A stretch of DNA of 57,112 nucleotides, filler included, from Platydemus manokwari (taxonomy: Eukaryota): NCBI GenBank assembly GCA_037951405.1. It is 5 parts of 5 records of this genome, joined end to end, with 100 filler letters (N's around TTAATTAATTAA, not from the genome) between each part and the next. Parts side by side here need not be neighbours in the genome. Positions count along the whole stretch, not along the records: positions 45,260 to 57,112 come from JBBMOY010429999.1; 4 more parts are not named here. One strand, written 5' to 3'. Position 1 is the stretch's first letter. Each line of letters opens with the position of its first letter. A program made the position numbers and the translations under genes. Positions 50,552 through 57,112 of the stretch are shown here, piece after piece. The notes under the pieces are model-generated. The model had not been told where the DNA came from and did not search any database. It was given only the letters and a program-made list of their open reading frames with translations.

Positions 50552-53500
50552 TCACTGCACATTAATTTTATCCAATGGTGGATTCTGAGAATCTTGATTT
50601 GACTGAGATACAACTTGACTGGGTAAAGAGTTCAGTTTTGTCGACTTGAGAAACCCAGATAATTTTTTTGGATTAGCAACGACAACTTTGGATACGTTAA
50701 ACGGCTTGTATACTCCTATAAGACGATCTGCGAGCTCGTACATGTTATTTCGTAGAGAAATAATAATAAATTGTGCGTTCTTGGTTCGTTCTTTGAGATA
50801 ATTCGCTACAATAGAAACATTTTTAAAATCCAATGCCGCATCGATTTCGTCCATGACATAAAACGGTGTGGGTTTGTAATGATGCAAGGCAAAAACCAAT
50901 GCTAATGACGACAATGTCTTTTCTCCTCCGGAGAGATTGCTAATATTTTTCCAAGATTTATTGGGAGGTCGAACACTAAATAAAATGCCTTCGGAAAATG
51001 GATCCAATGAATCCACGAGTTCTAATTCAGCATCGCCACCCATCGTAATCATTTGATACATCTCTTTAAGTTTGCTCGTAATTAAATTGAATCCTGCAGT
51101 AAATTCTTGATGTCTTTGGCGCTTTAATTTTTCGAGCTGATCTCTTTGATAATCTCTCAGCTGGGTAACTTCGCTTAATTCGGCAGCTCTTTGCAAATAC
51201 AATTCCTCTTTCATCCTGTATTCCTCTATGGCAGCTAAATTCGGTTTCTGTTTATGTAATTTGTCCTCAATGTCTTGATAAGTGATTTGTTGCACTTTTA
51301 AAGCCAGCAATTCCTCATCTGTGTAGACTTTTAATTTAGCTCCATTGTAGGAATCTTTCTGTGAACTAAAAATATCCAAATTGCCTCCGTCCTCTCCAAT
51401 TAAATTCATGAAAGAGTGATCGTCTTCGTCCTCTTCAATTCCTTCCGGTAGAGGATATAAGGTTAATTTTTTAATCTCGCCCTGCATTTGTTTGATATGG
51501 TCTCTGATTTGATCGACTTTCTGTTTCTTTTCGTCATAATCTCTTCTGACTTGACTTTGAATTTGTTTGGAACTTTGTAGTTCTTCATTGACTTTTATTT
51601 GAGCCATTGATTGTTCTTCCTTCGTTTTCAAAAGATTATTCACCTCTTCATTGATCTGATGATATTCTTTCAATGCTTCTTCGGCTTTTTTCTCCAAATC
51701 TTTCAATGTTTGATCCATTCCTTCCAACTGTTCATGGCATCGAGTTTTATCCTTTTGTAAATTCTCCATTTCCTCCATTGATCGTTTACAAAACTTTTCG
51801 GCATTTTTAACGCTGACATTTATTTTCTTCAACGTATGAGATTTCTAAAACGATTATGAGAATATTTTATTGATTTTATACACTATTTGTACCTCTTTGA
51901 TTTTTTCTGCGATTGAATTCAATCTTGACTTAATGGATCCCAATTTTGCTTCACCGATCGATAAAATCTCCTCACTGATTTTATCCACTTCCTCACTGAT
52001 TATCTGCACATTTGCGCTGTCTTTTTTATATTTTTTCTCCAAATTATCAATTTCCTGTTCAATCTTTTTCACCTTTTTATCATCAGGCTTCTTTAATAAT
52101 ATTTTCTCTTGACACAATGTTATTTCTTTACGGATTTCGATTTCTTCATCGTGAAGATGGGTCAAGCTGTCCTGAAACATTTTTAATATGAAACCAATAA
52201 AATGTGGGGAAAATTTACTTTGGCATCTCTGTATTTGTTTTTTGCACAATCAATTCGAACCTTTAATGGTTCCAAGGAATTGGTTGTTAAATCATTTATT
52301 TCGTGTCGTATTTTGATTAATCTTCTTTCTTTTTCTTGAAGATTTTTCTCAATATCTCGAGGATTGCTGTTTCGATGTATTTCGGACGATTGTTCATATT
52401 TTTGAATTTTACTTTGATCGGTACAAATCTTACCATGGATAGTGCGAGAACCTCCACCGGTCATTGCACCGTGTATTTCAGTGATTTCACCCTTTTAATA
52501 TTACAAAATAATCAATAAAAATATTTCCATTTCTCACTATTTTTTTATAATTTTTATTTTTAGAAAATTAAAGAAAAATAAGAAAACAGTGATTACCTTC
52601 ATCGTTACAATTCTAAATTTATTTTTCCCACGATTAACTCGAATAGAATCACGATTGTCATTAGTTATTAAAAGGTCTCGCAGCGCAAAATAAAAAACAG
52701 CTCGAAACTTTTTATTAGGAATGATTAGCAAATCAAATGCTCTTGGGACATTGGGAATACTATTAAATAACTTGTCAGCCCTAGATTCCCATGATTTGAC
52801 TTTATCAAGGCCTGAAAAATAATTTAAAACAATCAAATAGAAAAATATTCGAACCAATGAAAGTCGATCTGCTAATATTATTAGCTTTCATCATTTCAAC
52901 ACATCGCTGTGCATCGTTTATATTTTCAGTAATAATATTGTCCAACCGGTTACAAGCAGTAGAAATAGCAACGTCATACCGAGGATCAACTGAAGCAAGA
53001 TTACCCAATCGACCAACAACACCAGATATTTTTCCAAGTTTTTGTTGATCAAATAGGAAACTAATTACTTTGTGTTCGTTCTAAAATATTGCCAATATCG
53101 TACACAATCAATAAACATGTATCACCTCTTTGGATTTACTTGCGTTCACTTTGAAAACCAACTGATCAACCTCAGGCGCTAATTTTTTTTCTTCACTCTT
53201 CAGACTTTCAAGTTGTTTCATCGTAAGTTGATATTCTTCAGTCATTTTGGGAATATCGATATCCAACTTATCTAAATGTTCCTTAGTTTCAATTTTTTTC
53301 TCATTTATCATTTTCAATTTCTAAAGAAAAGTAAATACATTTCAAATTACACAACAAAATAACCGATTCCAGACGAGAGCATTCCGCTTTTTCTTTTTCA
53401 TAATTTCCTACTAACAGTTCCAATTCACATTTTTTCGAAGATATTTCGGCTTCTTGCTTTCGGATAATTTCTTGATTTTTTCTTAATTCAGCGGACTTGA

Positions 53501-54991
53501 GATCTTTCAAATTAACTAAATCTTCTGTTTGTTCTTTCAAAGAAACTTGTACATTCTTTTGATTTTCGAGTTCTGTGATTTTTAATTCTTCAAGCTTTTC
53601 TATTTCATTGTTTAATTGTTCTATTCGAGGAATCGATTCGTTTGGAACTTTTTCGAGCTTAACGATTTCTTTTTCTTTGTTCTTTATTGTTTTGCTCAGT
53701 TCATCCAGTTTGACTTTAGCATGTTTGCGTTTATCTCTTAGATTGACATCTTCCATTTCTAAATCATTAAATTTTTTTTGAGAAACTTCAAATTGTTGCA
53801 TTTTCATTAAATGTTTTTGAACTGTTTCATTAAGTTCATTCTCCTTCTGAGTACGAAGATCATTGATTTTAGCTATGTCCGAAGAAATTTGCTGAAAAAT
53901 TTTCAACAATTACTTTTAAATGTCAAGATTACCTCTAGTTGAACTTTAATTTCATTTTGTTTTTCAACTGCTGAAGCTTCCAAACATTTTAAATCACGCA
54001 TTTTCAGTTGAAAGCAAATATTTTTTCGAATTACGATTTCATTACAAAGACGTAAATATTTTACAGCTTCATTCCGCACTCCTTCGAGCTCTTTCTTTTC
54101 TTTGCCGACAATCTTAACGCGATTTAATTTTTCGGTCCTTAAATCACACAATTCTTCTAAACGACTGAATAATATTTTTAACGGTTCTTTGAAACGATGA
54201 GATCCTATTATATCTTCTAAATACTCAAGTAAACCATCCTAACAAAAAATTAACCAAAAGAAGACAATTAGAAAAGTTAACTTCATATTCAGTTGAAGCT
54301 TTAGGTTTCATTAATGCAATTTGTTCAACTTCTCCTTGCAAGATAAGGAATCGATTATGATCCAAATCAATTCCTTGTTTTTTTAAAAAATCAGATACTT
54401 CTTTATTACTAACTCTTTTATCATTGATTTTATAAACACTACTATTGTCCTTAAAAGCACTACGGGTAACAACAAATTCTGAGTTTGGAATAATCTGATT
54501 TAGAAATTCATAATGAATATTTATATTAAATTTCATACTTCGTAATCGTCATCTCCATCGCCATATGGCTTAATTTTTTGAAAATAAACTCTAACTGAAC
54601 AACTTTCAACATTTGGATATAACTCACTTTTATGAATCAATACACTTAGCTTTTTAGATCGTATTTTAGATGCTCTAAACCCAAATACGAATAGCAAGGA
54701 ATCGATCACATTACTTTTACCACTGCCATTTGAACCTAAATTTCACTATTTTTAAAATTGCTCAATAGCCATTTATTTCTTACCAATCACACATGTGAAA
54801 TTTTTGTGAAAAGTGCCCAAAGTTTTAATACCACCATAAGATTTAAAATTTTCATTTTCAATTTTCGAAATCATCAGTCTCTCACCATGGACATCGTAGT
54901 TTAAAGAAGGTTCGGGTGCTTCTTCGACAACAATGGGTGGATATTTGATTTTTAACTGATTTATAATATCTATATGATCATTTTCATCCAT
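50552..54991 (-). CDS. SMC4: Structural maintenance of chromosomes protein 4 (condensin subunit), 11 exons, roughly 1300 aa
   Basis: RLMISKIENENFKSY, Walker A GSNGSGKSNVIDS, GIDLDHNRFLILQGEVEQIALMKPK, LLEYLEDIIG; hinge GRLGNL..YDVAISTAC and GAMTGGG; C-terminal GGDAELELVDSLDPFSEGI, LSGGEKTLSSLAL and PFYVMDEIDAALD. Ten GT-AG introns, nine of about 40-50 nt. Confidence 0.97.
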
Positions 54992-57112
54992 AATTTTAAA
55001 ATAATCAAAGAAATATTTTTAAAACAAAACTTAAAAGTTTTTGATTTACAATATTTAACTTTACTGAATTTTCTATATGAATCCTGAGATTAAATTATTG
55101 GAAGGAATCTTTTAATCTTATTGCATTTTATAATTTAATTTTAATTATATTTTTCAAAAATTATATGTTAAAATTTAATTTAATTTAATTTTTGAGAAAG
55201 ATTAATAATAACTAATAAAAATAATTGTTACAGTACCATGTTGATAACAGGGACCTGAAGTAGATTGTTTAAATAATGGATCAGACCTTAGTAATATAAA
55301 AATATTTAAGATTCCGAGAAGGTATAAATCAGAATTGTTAAACCAAATACATATTCTTGGTATTTGAAGAAATCTTTATATGATTTGTGCAACCTCAGGT
55401 TTTCGATTCTTGAAGCCATCTTTTCAATTAGGTTAATTGTTCTTATTCAAATTCAACAGTGCGAGTTCTTAGTTGATATGAGTAAATATAAAAATGAGTT
55501 TTAATCGATGAGTTCAGATTTTCGTTCACTTTAAATTTATTTCAAATATCAAGAAAAACAAATTAATTATATAAATTTTGAAACCTTACGTGAATTCAAC
55601 ATGCTGAGATAAGAAATACTTAAGATTTGCCATAAAAATTTTAAGAATAGATTTTAAATATAATTTATTTTGTGTTCAAAAGGAAGGATTATTGAGATTA
55701 TTAGTTTTTATTCCAATTGATTTTTGCGTTAAAATTACAACTTGAAATTTTTTCGTTCTGAATTTGTCATTGAATTAGCTTCTTGTTATATATATGTAGT
55801 TGCCAAATTTAAGTACTTTGTACTTGGTGATTAATTTGTTTCTTCCTAATTATGTAATTTGTTTTAAATAGTTTTGGTTCTCTGTACCATTTCATAACTT
55901 TTGATAATTTTTGTTTATTTTATGAACTCCATTTTATTATACATTAATCTCATTATTTTATTAATGTTGAAAATTTTTCCTTAAAACCTAAATTATAAAT
56001 AACAACTATTTAATTTTATTTACAGAAATAGAATAGTCACTGAATCAAATCTATTCAAATAAACAATAACATAATATCATATTCTGATAATGAACAAGAA
56101 ATCCAATCAAATTAGATAAAATAAATAAATATCAACTGTCGAATAGTTATTTAATTTTTGGGATTGAAAGATTCACACTTGGGGTTTATTTTGACTCCTT
56201 GATCTGAATTTTTACGCATCAAGATCCACGCTTGATACCCTCCATCTTCTGCGGAATTCTTGGCTCTCAATTATTTTTCAATATTCCACTCGAGCTAGAT
56301 AATTGCATTTTATTATCCTTTCCCATACCTTCTTTATGATAACTCACCGTTATTTTAGCACTATTTATTTAAAAGCAAGACAAAGTTAATTGATAATGGA
56401 TTATTTATTGAAAACACCATGTTATTCGACTGCAAGAAATTTAGGTCATAGTGAATACAATAGTTAAAAATTGAGAACTATTTCGTTGTAAACACAAGTG
56501 CTGTCGTGATCAGTATTGATTTTCGATATCAGTAAGGACTTTACAACATACAGTAGAGTCTGATTAATACATACTTTTTCCACAACCATATTATATGTCC
56601 AGTAGTATACGATAAAATTTGATTTCAATTCGAAGTACTCATTCAAAAATTCTAGCTAAAATGCAAAATATTATTGAATATACTGATAGTAAACAAACTT
56701 TCAAGATCACTCAAGCTAGATAATCGTCCATAAGAGAATTGATCAAATACTAAGTCAGCATAATCTAAATCAGCAATACATTAAATCAACTTACAACCAA
56801 AAGCTAATAAAACAAAACTAATATACAAGCACATAAAATATAATTAATTGTGGATGAAAAAAATTCCACAAATTACAGACTTGTTGAAGTTAGGGCTTCT
56901 TTTGTCAACCTATATATTTGAGTTCGTGACTACCGGTTGAAGCGCAATGTCAATCCGGTAGTTGCTTGCTTCTATAGTTTTAATCAATAAATATACAACT
57001 ATAACAATAAAAGTCAATGATATCAATAGGATTTATTTCTTTTTATAACAATATACAAGAGTTAATGTGTTATTATACAAATATAAAAAATCCCTTTTAA
57101 ATTTATATAAAT

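Noticed and set aside
1280-53781. Numerous 60-155 aa ORFs antisense to or overlapping real exons (e.g. 4957-5283, 7392-7859, 11343-11678, 19577-19957, 51870-52112)
   Set aside because: Shadow frames of genuine coding exons or low-complexity AT-rich DNA, with no independent support.
54712-54784. SMC4 Walker A reads GSNGSGKS instead of the usual GPNGSGKS
   Set aside because: It still fits GxxGxGKS, so a functional change is unlikely.

Overview
AT-rich eukaryotic (invertebrate animal) genomic DNA with many ~40-50 nt GT-AG introns. The innexin and intron style fit a spiralian such as a flatworm, but the organism cannot be fixed from sequence alone. The window is not one locus: five contigs are joined by an artificial 100-nt spacer (44 N + TTAATTAATTAA + 44 N). 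Contig 1 holds the 3' end of an SLC18 (VAChT/VMAT-like) transporter, an intronless synaptotagmin-like gene, and a multi-exon VWF-D / gel-forming-mucin-like gene ending in a 120-bp Thr-rich repeat. Contig 2 holds a 4-exon innexin, a NeSL/Utopia-type non-LTR retroelement relic, hAT and Gypsy relics, and a 582-aa orphan ORF. Contig 3 holds a METTL24-like gene, the 5' exons of abLIM/unc-115, and a cassette of diverged inverted and tandem ~400-bp repeats around small orphan ORFs. Contig 4 holds Buster-hAT and Gypsy relics, a 12-bp tandem array and an intronless atypical PIM-like kinase. Contig 5 holds a complete 11-exon SMC4 with a tightly linked same-strand downstream gene. Best leads: the repeat + TGATAT-array + small-gene cassette seen in two separate contigs, the ACAATGT array upstream of the kinase, and the operon-like spacing after SMC4. 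All alignments and splicing were done by eye.
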